Origin: Lytechinus pictus | Taxonomy: Eukaryota | Direction: 5' to 3' | Length of the DNA: 64,000 nucleotides | Assembly: GCF_037042905.1 (NCBI RefSeq) | Contig: NW_026974140.1 | Coordinates: 1,304,001-1,368,000 of the forward strand | Part shown: in pieces, positions 39,401-53,065 of the stretch | Layout of the letters: the number at the start of each line of letters is the position of its first letter | Position numbering within the stretch: the stretch's first letter is position 1 | Translations under genes and position numbers: made by a program | The notes under the pieces: model-generated | The model's input: the letters and a program-made list of their open reading frames with translations, nothing else | Database searches by the model: none | What the model was told of the DNA's origin: nothing

Positions 39401-39875
39401 CTGGTAAAATGATATGAGAAACAAAGAGAAATATTTTTTTTTAAATGGATGCATATGTAGTAGGCATTTCAATCCATGCATTTAAACAAACTCTAGAACT
39501 CCTATCAATACTTCAAAATCATCATCACCATAATTATCTTCATTGTTACTGTCATAATCATTAAAATATAAACCCCCATTTATTGAACCCCTATTGTCAT
39601 CATTTACTGCCCCCCCCCCCCCACTTCACCATTCTCGCCATTATCACCACCACCATTACCATCATCATCTCCAACACCATCACTAAATTGTTATTATTAT
39701 CGCAGATTATTATACCTAGGATTGGAGAAATTCTTTCTTGTCTAATTTACTTGTTTTTTTTTTTTACTTATAGCATTTCCCTTTCATATTGTGATTGCTT
39801 TAACAACTTTCTGCCTTGAACATTTTACATCAGGATCGTTTACACCAATCAAATTGACAAAATATTTGTACTTAC

Positions 39876-40062
39876 ATAAGAGAAGAGTACCCCAGGATTA
39901 GAGTGGCTTAATTTCCCAAGCTGTCTTCCAGAAGGCTTGACATTTTCCTTGGTTAATCTCTTCATGATGTACTTGGCCCTGTCTGTAGTATTAGCTTTGA
40001 TCCGAATCATTGGGGGATGGATACCATAGCAATGATTTATCCATCGCGCATACAAGCAGTAT
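39876..40062 (-). CDS. THOC2: THOC2 exon (YCLYARW...[30 protein letters not shown])
   Basis: 187 nt; tacag / gtaagt; in ORF 39849..40088. Confidence 0.97.
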
Positions 40063-40519
40063 CTGTACATATTTTGTTGAGAAAACAAAAGTGGTTAGGA
40101 CAAGGATTCAGCAACAACTGTATACATGTTGTGTTGCACTCCACCTAGGTGATGCAAATGGGTAATTGGAAGGATGACTTTTCTTAATGCACCAAATGTT
40201 AGTAGTGACAATAGAGAAGAAGGCAAGTGCTATCCCTTGTGAAACAAAAATTCTGCTCTGAGTATTTTGGCTCGTCTCAAAGAATATAAACAAAGAAGAT
40301 GCAAAATATCATGTGCTGTTGACCATTGAAACCAAGGATGCACAAATACATGGATAAGATCGATAAGACTCATTGCCCAGAAGGTATGAAGCGCTGAGGG
40401 ACTCCAAATGGTAAATGCTGAGGGTCAACTGCCTTGCACAGGTCAAATGTGACTGCAAGGGCATATGCAGTGCAGTCAATACAAATTCACTCAAGAGCAA
40501 ACTTTGTGTGTATCTTTAC

Positions 40520-40650
40520 CTTCTATGATAAGGCAACATCTTCATTAGAGACCAGACCTCTTCAGAGAGACAAGCATTACATGGCATCATGCTGATAGAG
40601 GGTAATATCACTTGCTCAATCACTGATAGCATCTCATGAAAGACAGAATT
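40520..40650 (-). CDS. THOC2: THOC2 exon (NSVFHEMLSVIEQVILPSISMMPCNACLSEEVW...PYHR)
   Basis: 131 nt; tatag / gtaaag. Confidence 0.94.
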
Positions 40651-41702
40651 CTATAATGATAAAACAACAATGGGAGAAACCATGTTAACTGTATTGCCCG
40701 GAGTTGAAGACAGGCCAATATGATTCGAATCAGGTTAATGAATGTCGTTTTCAAAAGTAGACAGTCCATATCATTACTTAAAACTTAAGATCATGAATGT
40801 ACAAAAATTATTGGCAAAACTGCTTGCAAAACTATATTCATATAAGAAACAAAGTCAATGCTAATTGCGTTTTTAACCAAAAATCATAAATGTAAAATTA
40901 TCTTTAGTTTTGCTGGTATTCTGTTTATGATCTCAAAAGAGTCCCCGACAAAGTTCATCAAAAAAACAATAAAAAAACAAAAGGTAAAAAAAAACAGTGA
41001 AATTCATAAGAAATTGCAAAAAAATATAATACATTAGAAATTAATCTGATATCGCATTTTTTTTCATGTACATTTGTTAAGAACAACACAAACAGTTTCT
41101 CAAGCAAAGTTAAGTTACAGGAAAAAGTATGATTTTGCATACTAATTATGCATAAATTAGCATAATTGCTAAATAGCGATTTGCATGAAATAAATTATGA
41201 TACAATTTTGCAGATTATGTCCAAGAAAACCTGCATGCCAAATCAACGGCCGCAATCTCAAGGGCCCCCACCCCCCCCCCCCAGCCATATGAACGCACAA
41301 AATACCCCGGCTTAGATATGGTTTAATGTCCAATGTAAAAAAAAATACATATAACTAACAATAAACTTTGCACAACTTTTGAATCATTTTCTTAATCATA
41401 GTGCCTTTATCAATAAGTCAGGGGGTCACAGGTGAATATTGCAAATTATGCAAACCTGAAAGTAGGCTCTGTTTAATAAGGCAGGCTGTATAGTTTCACT
41501 TTTCTAAAAACCAACAGAATATTTCAAACAATATCACACCCTTCTTCTAAAGACAATTGTGATGTAATATATTGAACAAATCTCTCTAAAAAACAGATTC
41601 ATCCTCCCTTTCAAGTCTTCAATTCAGGCTCCCGATATAAAACGATGACAATGACAAAGTTGTATGAATGAGGTGTAGGATTACAAAATCAGTCCGACTT
41701 AC

Positions 41703-41738
41703 CAAATCTTCTTTCTTTTCCTCTGTCATTGAGGCTCT
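41703..41738 (-). CDS. THOC2: THOC2 36-nt micro-exon (RASMTEEKKEDL)
   Basis: Pyrimidine-rich tract + ttgtag acceptor, gtaagt donor, phase 0/0; fills the charged linker expected at this position. Confidence 0.8.
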
Positions 41739-41997
41739 CTACAAATACAGAAGAAACAGAGGAATAACAGATAAAAAAGATATAACTAAACAGATCATAT
41801 AAATAAAGGCTAACTAATAAGGAAAAACCCAAATGCACCAACTCCAGTTATTTTCATCCCTCATCTTAGCCTGTAGCAGACTAATACCTACAGTGCTACA
41901 TGTACAAAGCCAGTGGGAATTCCGCAATTCAGTGGTCACTTGAATAAAATTTTCTTTGATATGGAAAACAATGTTGGCATATAACCATAGAGGTGGA

Positions 41998-44900
41998 TTA
42001 ACCATAAAGAATGTGGGGGGTTGAGGCATGATGGCCCCCTCAATTTTATGACTTTTTTCTTTGAAGTCTTGCGCAACTTTTGAGACAAAATTTGCGACAT
42101 ATGAGTATAGCATCGCTGCGCTATATAGTAGAGCGGATTAGCTCCAAAAATCACAACAATTGTGCAAATTTTGACTAAAGCATAAAACTTTCACAAGTAT
42201 TAGTATATGCCAAAAGATTTATTTTAAAGATGGGAGGTAAATTTATAAATGCCATTTTCGGCCGTTGCCATGGCAACGGATTAATTTCTCCAAAACAACA
42301 TACATTCCCATATAAATGGTAAATAAACATGATATAGATGACCAAAATGATAATTTTCAGGCTCCCAATTGAATACATATGAAATTTAGAAATATTCAAG
42401 ATCATCAAGATAGTTCCAATTGGTCCGTTGCCATGGCAACGGCTTGTTTTTCCCCAGAAAAATAAACATTTTGATTAAAAAAAGTTGTAGAATATGATAT
42501 ATCTTTAATTTCCCCTAATTTTACAGTGCTTAATAAAGATATTTTGGTAGCTAAATGTGTAAATTACATCTCAAGCCATTGCCATGGCAACCAAATAACA
42601 TCTAATTTACAAAAATAACATGGTTGTCAAGACAATGGATAGGTGGAAAATACAATTGGAATTGACTTAATCTGTATGCTTAAGTTTTGACCCCCTCATT
42701 TGAACAAAAAATACAAAATTGTTCTGCAGGAGTTCTTTATAAAGATAAAATATTATGTTGCTTTGGAAATGCTTGAATTGAATTTAAAAAGGAACAATTT
42801 TACAAAGGGCCCGTTGCCATGGCAACAGCTTATTTCCCTTTAAAGGTAAAAATATTGATAAAAATGTAGAATACATGTACGGTATGATCATCATTCCATT
42901 TTCCCTAATTTCAAGGTACTAATCGAGATATGTTTGTGATTAAATTTATAAATATAACATCTTAAGCCATTGCCATGGCAACCAAATAACATCTAATTTT
43001 TTAAAAAAGTGGATGATAAGGTTAAAAACAGGTAAAAGATACAATGAATATTAACTTAATGTGCATTCGTAAGGTCTGACCTACTCAACTAGTTTAGGGG
43101 AAAATAATACAGTCAGTGTTCTGCATGAACTAATTAGAATAATAAACATTGATGTTGCCTTGGTAATACTTGAATTCAACGATAAATATCAATGTTCCAA
43201 ATGGCCTGTTGCCATAGCAACGGATCATTTACCCAAGAACAGTAGCAGTTTTGATTTTTAAAAAGGACTGTATAATCTTGATTTTTCTTTCATTTCCCTT
43301 AACTTTAGGGTAAGAATAGATATGTTTGCTGTTAACATGCAAATAACATATAAATCCATTGTCATGGCAACCAAGTAACATCTAATTTGAAAAAAAAAAA
43401 TAACATGGTTGACATGATAATGGACAGGTGGAAAATGCAATTTATAACAATTAACTCAAGGTTTGACCCAGTCATTTAATTTTGAACAAAGATTACAATG
43501 TTTCGCATTAGTTCATTAGAATGATGAAATTTGAGGTTGCCTTGGTAATGCTTGAAGTTAATGATAAATATCAATGTTGCAAATGGGCCGTTGCCATGGC
43601 AACGACTCTTTTTTTCCCAAGAAAAGCACCAAATTTGATCGAAAAACAGTTTAAAATCTGCATTTTGTCATAAACTTCCCCTAATTTTAGGATGCAAAGC
43701 ATAGATATGTTTGCTGTTGATGTACAAATAACTTCAGCCATTGCCATGACAACCAAATAACATCTAATTTCAGTGGCTTAATTTGGTTTGGGACTAGTTA
43801 CAAGGACAGCCAGTGGTCTGACGTGTCCAAAACCCTAAGACGGCTTCCAAAAATGGAGTTTGAAATGGCTGTTGATATATAAATGGACATATAGGTCATT
43901 TCCTATCAATCTGAGATATATGATTTTGGTGTCTAGACCATGGTTTCAATGGTCAAATAATACACTATCACAAGTTGAATGGACAGTCAGTTGTCCATTA
44001 TATAAAAAAATCCAAGATGGCTTCCAAAAATGGAGTCCAACATTGCTGTTGCTGCATTAAAAAAGTAGTTTGTTTGATATCCTGGAATATGTTTATGTCA
44101 TGGTTAAATGGGTCAAATAATACATAAGGACAAGCAACAAGGACAGTCAGTGGTCAAGTTTGTCCAAAAATCCAAGGTGGCTTCCAAAAATGAAATAGCT
44201 CCTGTTACTAACAAATGGACATATTTCGTGTAATATATGTCAGTAAATACATCATGTACATTTGAACAAGTTACAAGGACAGTCCGTAATCCAGTGTGTC
44301 TAAACATCCAAGATGGCTTCCGACAATTGGAGTCTAATCGGAGTCTGTTACTTAAAAATTGACATAGTTCATTTAAAATCCACCAAGAAAAAAATATTTT
44401 GGTGTTCACACTTTGGTTTCAAGGTTTTACAAATATGTTTAGACTGGTTACAATGATATCCAGTTGTCCATTTTTTCCTAAAAATCCAAGAGGATTTTCA
44501 AAATGGCATCTAAAATGACTTATATCACTCAGAAATTATCTGAGTTCATACAACATCAACATGTGAGAAACATTTTTGGTGTCTACACTGTGGTATGAAG
44601 GGTCCACTATTACATTAGGACAAGTAACAAGGATGGTTAGTTATCAATTTTGTCCAAAATCCAAGGTAGATTCTAAAATTACATCAATGGGTGCTGTTGC
44701 CAACTCTTACCTGCTTTTCTGGGGGGAATGAGCTGTTGCCATGGCAACGGGACATTTGAAACACTAATATTTATCATTAAATTCAAGTATTACCAAGACA
44801 ACATAATTTTATTATTCTGATGAACTCATACAGAACTCTTACTGAAATTTTTGTTCGAAATTAAATGACCGGCCAAACCTTTCGCATATTGAGTTATTTG

Positions 44901-46775
44901 TATTTGTATTTGTATTTTCCACCTGTCCAAAATCTTGTCATCCAAATCATTATTTTTTAGTATTAGATATTATCTGGTTGCCATGGCAATAGCTTCAGAT
45001 GTTATTTATACATTTTGAATCAAACATATCGATGTTTAGCACACAAAGATTAGGGGAAATGCAAGAAAAATCAGATTCTACAGTCCCTTTTTTAATCAAA
45101 ACTGATACTAAATGATCTGTTGCTATGGCAACAGGCCATTTTGAATATTGATATTTATTGTTGAATTCAAGTATTACCAAGGCAACATCAATGTTTATCA
45201 TTCTAATTTAGTTCATGCAGAACACTGACTGTATTATTTTCCCCTAAATTAATTGAGTAGGTCAGACCTTACGAATGCACATTAAGTTAATATTCATTGT
45301 ATCTTTCACCTGTTTTTAACCTTATCATCCACTTAAAAAAAAAAAAAATAGATGTTATTTGGTTGCCATGGCAATGGCTTAAGATGTTATATTTATAAAA
45401 TTTAGTCACAAACATATCTCGATTAGTCCCTTGAAATTAGGGAAAATGGAATGATGATCTTACTGTACATGTATTTTACATTTTTATCAATATTTATACT
45501 TTTCTAGAGGGAAATAAGATGTTGCCATGGCAACAGGTCCTTTGCAAAATTGTTTATTTTTAAATTTAATTCAAGCTTTACCAAGGCAACATTAATTTTT
45601 ATCTTTATAAAGAACTCCTGCAGAACACTTTCTGTATTTTTTGTTCAAATGAGGGGGTCAAATATTAAGCATACAGATTAAGTTAATTCCACTTGTATTT
45701 TCCACCTATCCATTGTCTTGACAACCATGTTATTTTTGTAAATTAGATGTTATTTGGTTGCCATGGCAATGGCTTGAGATGTAATTTACACATTTAGCTA
45801 CCAAAATATCTTCGATAAGCACTGTAAAGTTAGGGGAAATTAAAGATAAATCATATTCTACAACGTTTTTTTAATCAAAATGTTTACTTTTCTGGGGAAA
45901 AACAAGCCGTTGCCATGGCAACGGACCAATTGGAACTTTCTTGATGATCTTGAATATTTCTAAATTTCATGTGTATTCAATTGGGAGCCTGAAAATTATC
46001 ATTTTGGTCATCTATGTCACGTTTATTTACCATTTACATGGGAATGCATGTTATTTTGGAGAAATTAATCCGTTGCCATGGCAACGGCCGAAAATGGCAT
46101 TTATAAATTTACCTCCCATCTTTGAAATAAATCTTACGGCATATACTAATACTTGTGAAAGTTTCATGCTTTAGTCATAATTTGCACAATTGTTCGGCTA
46201 ATCCGCTCTACTAATAGGACTTTTTACGAGACAATATCATGCAAAAAATGGCTCATTTTTATACTTTCTGTACAAAGTCTATGAGAGGTGAAATTCATAA
46301 AAGGGTGATTATTTTTCATTCTAATTGGTTTGCTCAATCAATTTAGGGTTTCATTAATTTGTTAAATGGTCTGTAATGATATCCATTGAAAAATGTAAAA
46401 CAAAAGTAAAAAAAACAAAGAAAAACATAAATTTTAAATAACAAAGAAATAGATGGGGGAAAAAATTGGCTTTCGCAAAGTTTATTTGTGGAAACCTTTG
46501 AATTAGATTACAAAGATGACATCTGGAAAAAAAGAAATTTGAAGCGAAATTGGGTTTTAAATATGCAAATAATTTTTTTATGAGTAAATTTGCATATTTT
46601 ATTCATAATGAATAAAAAGTAGTATAAAATATAAAATATTTCCAGATTTTTTTTTCATACTGGCTTGTAGTTCATGTGGTAAAGAATGTGCGCGTCGAAT
46701 TTTGATTGCCCAAAGGGCGGCTGAGATCAGATCCCCCCCCCCCCCATCCCAGGCCTGAGAGTGGCCATCCTCAAT
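41998..46775. mobile_element. TTAA-type element (relative of 29448-30491) split by the foldback element
   Basis: 42050-42125 and 46214-46775 are colinear with 29520-30470; right end eroded. Confidence 0.7.
42126..46213. mobile_element. 4.1-kb foldback element with >1.2-kb inverted arms
   Basis: tagtagagcggattagc...gctaatccgctctacta; near-identical mirrored ORFs 42175..42408(-) and 45941..46174(+); probable ATA TSD. Confidence 0.9.
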
Positions 46776-47475
46776 GCATCAGATTATACATTTTTAAATC
46801 AAATTTTTCAATTTTTCTAGGATAAAAGCCGTTACCATGGCAATGGTCCAATTTCAACTATTGTGCTGACTTCAAATATCTGGAAGTATTATTATTCATT
46901 GCATTGGAAGCTTAAAACTGTAAGATTCAACCATTTATAATACCAAGTTTATCTACCATTATAAAGGAATATCACTTTTGAGAAATTAAACCATTGCCAT
47001 GGCAACATCCCAAGACCTCATTTGGTAACTAGCATATTCGTGTTTAGCACCCTCAAAATAGGGGCAATGGAACAAACACAATCAGATTCTAGAGAATTTT
47101 AAAAGAATAATAAAAAAATGACTGGGAGCTGTGTATATGTGATCGAGCAGGTACAATTGCCCGGTTCGGTAATGGCGGCCAGTTTACATGGCCGGCACAG
47201 CGCAGTTGCGTGCAAGCTATTATGACTCAGCGCTCTAGCTTTACTTTTATCCACCTCTATGCATATAACTAATCTCACAATCAAGATTTCTAGAAGAATT
47301 GATAATCATAAGCTAATACAATACCATATAATAGAAAACACTGCACCTCTCTGCTCAGAGCAACCGGTTTGCTAACCAGAGTAAATTTGAATTACGCTCC
47401 TTTTGAACACACACAATTATGTTAAAGTGTAATAATACTTTTAGATAAGCAATAAAAGGTATTTAAGAAAACTAC

Positions 47476-47668
47476 CTGAGCAAGTAGTGCTTTGCCTAGC
47501 CTGACAAGTTTCCAGATGAGGATAGGTTGTAATGATGCATATGGTCCAAGATAGCGGCACATCTCAAGGACTCCTTTGACGTCTCCTAGGTTCTGAACAG
47601 CCGGCAAGGTGCCATTCTTCGGAGGTGAAGGTATATGATGCCCTTTTGCTCCCTGTGGTTGACAACTC
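47476..47668 (-). CDS. THOC2: THOC2 exon (SCQPQGAKG...YLGPYASLQPILIWKLVRLGKALLAQ)
   Basis: 193 nt; tgaag / gtagtt; phase matches neighbours. Confidence 0.9.
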
Positions 47669-48489
47669 CTTCAACACACAATTGATCATAATAATCATTT
47701 TGATTGATTGAATTGTTAGTTAACTTGTCGCATTGCCAAATTACATTAGTTTGTTTATTTTGACTACTATCAACTTGGTCAGTTTTCTTTCTGTCAAGTC
47801 ATTACTTTATTCAAAATCAAATAAAGCTGGTAATTAGACCTGGGTCCCGTAACACAAAGTTTACTGATGAATCATGTGCTTCATTTTTTACAATAGAATT
47901 GTACATTAAAGTCAAAGCGATCAATTATTTAAAAAAAATTATACGACGACTGCTAAACTTTGTGTTTCGGCCCCAGATGGTAATTTTTTCAATGATTTGA
48001 GACTTTAGCATTAACATAAGTTGCTATATTAGCACTCTGGGTTTCAGCTACACATGTACATGTAACAATGGCCATATAGAGCAAAGAAGATATTGATCAT
48101 GTTGGACTTTGCAATATGAGCTCAAGAGAAACACATAAAACTCCAGCATATACAGTATAACATCATTAGACCAACTAATAACAGACAAACTTGCTATGAA
48201 CAAAGTGGAATTAAAGAAGTGAGAACTAAAAAGTGTTTGATCAAAATTTGTTGTCTGACAAGTTGTCAAACATGAAAACTTTCCTTGGTTTTAACTTGTT
48301 GAGAAGCAGGTATCTGACTGCCACTGACAGTGGTAACTGCCAGATAAAACATCTGATGAAACAATATTCAGACCAGTCTGGCAATAGACAAAGTTGGATT
48401 GAACCAACATAATGAATTAATACAAGAAGCAGAACCAAGGACCGAGGAATGATTTGTATACTTGCAATCAACAGATAGACTAAAGATGT

Positions 48490-48802
48490 GGAGCATTGTG
48501 GCCCAGTGGATTAGTCTCCGGACTTTGAAACAGAGGGTCGTGGGTTCAAATCCCAGCCATGGCGTAATTCCTTCTGCAAGAAATTTATCCACATTGTGCT
48601 GCACTCAAGCCAGGTGAGGTGAATGGGTACCTGGCAGGAATTTATTCCTTGAAATGCGTGTGCGCTGTAATCTTAGTAATTACGGCTGCCAAGCTACAGC
48701 TGGGGTAATAATGTCCAAGTCCTTTGGAAGCGCATAGAGACATTATTCATAATTGTGATATGCACTATACAAGAACTGTGTATTATTATTATCATTATTA
48801 TT
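48490..48802 (+). mobile_element. tRNA-derived SINE
   Basis: tggcccagtgg A box, ggttcaaatcc B box, core shared with the 10061 copy, (TTA)n tail. Confidence 0.88.
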
Positions 48803-48924
48803 AAAGATTCCTATCATCAGCTAGATTGCAATTGATTGCAAGAAAATTTTCCATGATAAAGTGTGATTTGGAAGGGTTGGCTTTAAAACATATACAAAAT
48901 ATAAACACACAAGGCAGGACTTAC

Positions 48925-49097
48925 TTTGTGTATAGAGGTTGAAGTATAGATTCAATGAGGTTGCAGAGAGCCTTGGACACAGTAGGGTTACTTGTAGTGC
49001 CATACTCAGGCAGTTTGTCTAGTAGTTTCTTGGCATGTACCCAATCTCCTATTAGAATCAAGGCTTCACACAATCCAATCTTTTGGTTGTCAATAAC
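48925..49097 (-). CDS. THOC2: THOC2 exon (VIDNQKIGLCEALILIGDWVHA...LQPLYT)
   Basis: 173 nt; tatag / gtaagt. Confidence 0.94.
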
Positions 49098-49459
49098 CTA
49101 TAGGACACAAGAAAAAAGGTGATAAAACTTAGTTCTGACTGTCATATTGAATAATTGATGAGAAATTTGTCTAAAAATGATTGTTGTTTATAAAGCACTA
49201 TGTAACTGGTATTTGCCTTTAGGCACTGGAAAAACCCAATGACAACATACCGACTCAATTCTGCCAAAAACTTACATCTACAATATACAGAGATAGGCAT
49301 GCATGGGACCAGATATAAATAAATGGCTGAAGAGTAGATGTTTGCAGTGAACCATTTTAAATGACATTTTCCCCTGGATATCATGCTATAGATTTTGAAA
49401 GTTCATAATTATAACTTCTATATCTACAGCAACTTTCCTTCAAGGTAAATGTTTTAAAC

Positions 49460-50051
49460 TTAAAGGGGAATGAAACCTATGGATCAAATAGGCTTGTATC
49501 GAAACAGAAAAATCAAAGAATAAGAACAAAGAAAGTTTGAGAAAAATCAGACAAATAATGAGAAAGTTATGAGCATTTGAATGTTGCAATCACTAATGCT
49601 ATGCAGATCCTCCTATTGGCAATGCGGCAAGGATGTGTGATGTCACATGTGAACAACTTTCCCTTTGATGGACTCTAAAATACCCCCAAAATGTACTTTT
49701 TGCTTTTTCTTAAGGTGATACAAACTCTTTACCATAATGTATTTTTTTTTAATCTGTATTACATGCCCTCCTATAGAAAGAACACATGATCTACTGATAG
49801 ATCTATGTGATCAAAGAGGCAATTTAAGTGAAATATATACTAAAGTAATGGGGAGAGTTGTTCACAAGTGACATCACACATCTTTGTCACATTGCCAATC
49901 TGAGGATCTCCATAGCATTACTGATCGCAATATTCAAATGCTCAAAACTCTCATTATTTGTCCGATTTTTCTTAAACTTCCATTGATCTGTTTCTCTGAT
50001 TTTTCTGTTTTCACACAAGCTACCTTGTTCCAAAGGTTTCATTCTCCTTAA
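49460..50051. mobile_element. TTAA-flanked MITE with ~190-bp TIRs
   Basis: ttaa|aggggaatgaaacc...ggtttcattctcc|ttaa; arms are mirror images. Confidence 0.85.
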
Positions 50052-50825
50052 ATAATAATTCTGAAGGAAATAGGTACTTTCAACTTTCTGAATAAGGCAT
50101 TCAGTTTCATACAAATTTATAATCTTCGAAAGTCAAAATCTTAACCTGCAATAAATTTTTATTAATAAGTAACAATAAAGCCAAGTTTACTGACATGAAA
50201 TCCATGCCAAATGACCACTAATATTTTATTATGCCCAAGTTGCATGAAACGGGACCTTATACTTTTTTAATCATGACATTTATAAAACACGTTTGTGTAA
50301 AAAATGAAGCCTTGTTGAAAAAAACACACTCTTGCTTCTACTATTCAGGCAAAACAAAAACTTGTACAAAAGACTAACATTACCTAGTAGGAACCAGAAC
50401 AGCCTTGGTGACACTGACATTTGCTCCGGTCTTAATATCTCTGAAGGCAGAGGTTTAAAGAGTGTTTGGTTCAGAATAATGTAAAAATAAGGATTATGTT
50501 TTAGTTAGTTTTGTAGGTTAGGAGCAAATGTCATGGAAACAGGGCCTTTGCTGTTCAATCATACAGTATAGATAATACAGTCATCTACTGTTAGCCTTAA
50601 TATATGCGGTGAGATCATGGGTACTACAGTCACACTTTGTAAAGATATCTGGCTCTCCCTTCAAGAAGATTATTATCAATGCAACTTTGTCTCTGAGAGC
50701 AGGAACGTCTCATGGACAAAAAAAAAAGAAGATGGAAAGTTCACTTTAACTAGGCAGCTCACACTTTAATGTCATCATCCTGATTTTTAAAGTGTTTCTG
50801 AAAGAAACTAGAAAAAAACTCAAAC

Positions 50826-50972
50826 CTGTTCATCTTTCTCCTTCTCTTTCTCCTTGTCATCTTTGTCATCCTTGTCTGCAAGAACAGCCATGCTCATCTT
50901 CCTAGCATACTGCCTTGCATCAATAATCTCCTGCTTGTGGGCCTTGAAGATATCAACATCAGTTGGAGCAAG
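50826..50972 (-). CDS. THOC2: THOC2 exon (LAPTDVDIFKAHKQEI...KEKEKEKDEQ)
   Basis: 147 nt; tctag / gtttga. Confidence 0.92.
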
Positions 50973-51054
50973 CTAGAAGTCAGATTATAGGAACAGATGT
51001 AAATGATCAATCATTATTTTTGGGAATAAAGCTGTATACTATCTATACTGTTAA

Positions 51055-51652
51055 AGGTTAAGTCAACCCCAGAGAAATGTAGGTTTGAATCAATAGAGAA
51101 AAATCCAACAAGCATAATGTTGAAAATCTTAACAAAATCGGATGTAGAATAAGAAATTACATTTTAAAGTTTCGCTTATTTTTCACAAAAAATTTATATG
51201 CAGAACTCATGACATGCAAATGAGAAAGTGGATGAGGTCCCTCGCTCTCTATTTCTTTCATTTTTTTTTTATTATACAACATTTCATTTTTTACAAATTT
51301 GACAAAAAGGACCAACTTGACTGAACCACACAAAGTGTAAACAATTGTAATTCCACATATTCAGAGAAAAATAAAACTTCTTTCACATTACCATGAGGAG
51401 AAAATAAGAATATATCCTATTTCTATACCAAAATACAAAAGATATAGTGAGTGGATAATGTTATCAGTCCCCTCATTTGCATACAGACAAGGATGTGCTT
51501 ATAACTGTTTTTTTTTTATTAAGCGAAACTTTGAAATGCCATACAATAAGTTTCTTATTTCACATCCGATTTTGATGAAATTTTCATTGTTTGCATGTTG
51601 AACTTTTCTCTTTTTATTTCAATCAACTTTTTGTTAGGGGTGGACTTGTCCT
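51055..51652. mobile_element. TTAA-flanked AG..CT MITE
   Basis: ttaa|aggttaagtcaacccc...ggggtggacttgtcct|ttaa with long imperfect TIRs. Confidence 0.85.
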
Positions 51653-52090
51653 TTAATGAAACAGCCATGCTGCATTGTTAAGGTGAATACTATTCATTTT
51701 AACCTTATGTAGAACCCACCAATATGTTTGGCAATAAATACACAAATGCTTAAAGATTACACCACAAAGTTTAAGTTTTTTGCTTTCCAGTCTTGCAACA
51801 TTTTTAAGAATTACATGTAGATTTGCAACTTCCAGGTACGCGGTTCTGAGTTATGCAACAATTTATAAGTACATGTCAGAACGGAATTGCTAAGAAACAT
51901 GATTTCATAAGTCAAAGAACATGCAAGCTCTGAAACTGCAATATTGTGCTTGCAAGACAATCACTGGTAAAATGGACAGACAGAATCAACTGAAGACAGA
52001 CACTTAAGCTCTCTCAGCTCTCCATCAATACTCACATTTTCAGATCGATCATGGTTTTGTTTATACAGTAAGTAAGCCCCCGGAATTTTT

Positions 52091-52985
52091 AACAAGTGGA
52101 ATGCCTCTGGCCGTCTCACCTGCATCACGCGATTCAATATAGCAGCAGTGCTGATTTTGAAAACTACTATAACTCGCACAAGATGTTCAGTGATACTTGG
52201 TTACTCTTATTTCCACGTTTTATGAACTAGACCAATACACTCATAGAGATATGATGGCAATTCAACAAATACTGTACCCCCAACGTGGCCAAAGTTCTTT
52301 GACCTTACATGACCTTTGACCTTGATCATGTGACCTGAAACTCGCACAGGATGTTCAGTGATACTTGATTACTATTATGTCCAAGTTTTATGAACTAGAC
52401 CAACACACTTTCAAATTTATGGCTGTAATTCAACAAATACCCCAATTTGGCCAAAGTTCATTGACCCTAAATGACCTTTGACCTTGATCATGTGACCTGA
52501 AACTTGCACAGGATGTTCAGTAATACTTGATTACTATTATGTCCAAGTTTCATGAATCAGATCCATAAACTTTCAAAGTTATGATGGTAATTCAACAGAT
52601 ACCCCCAATTCGGCCAAAGTTCATTGACCCTAAATGACCTTTGACCTTGGTCATGTGACGTGAAACTCATGCAGGATGTTCAGTGATACTTGATTAACCT
52701 TATGTATAAGTTTCATGAACTAGGTCCATATATTTTCTAAGTTATGATGACATTTCAAAAACTTAACCTTAGGTTAAGATTTTGATGTTGATTCCCCCAA
52801 CATGGTCTAAGTTCATTGACCCTAAATGACCTTTGACCTTGGTCATGTGACATGAAACTCAGGCAGGATGTTCAGTAATACTTGATTAACCTTATGGCCA
52901 AGTTTCATGAACTAGGTCCATATACTTTCTAAGTTATGCTGTCATTTCAAAAACTTAACCTAAGGTTAAGATTTGGTGTTGACGC

Positions 52986-53016
<31 letters not shown>

Positions 53017-53065
53017 GGAAAAGCGGCGCCTATAGTCTCACTCTGCTATGCAGGTGAGACAAAAA
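52091..53065 (-). mobile_element. HINE-like element copy
   Basis: Near-identical to the 10688 and 25644 copies. Confidence 0.85.
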
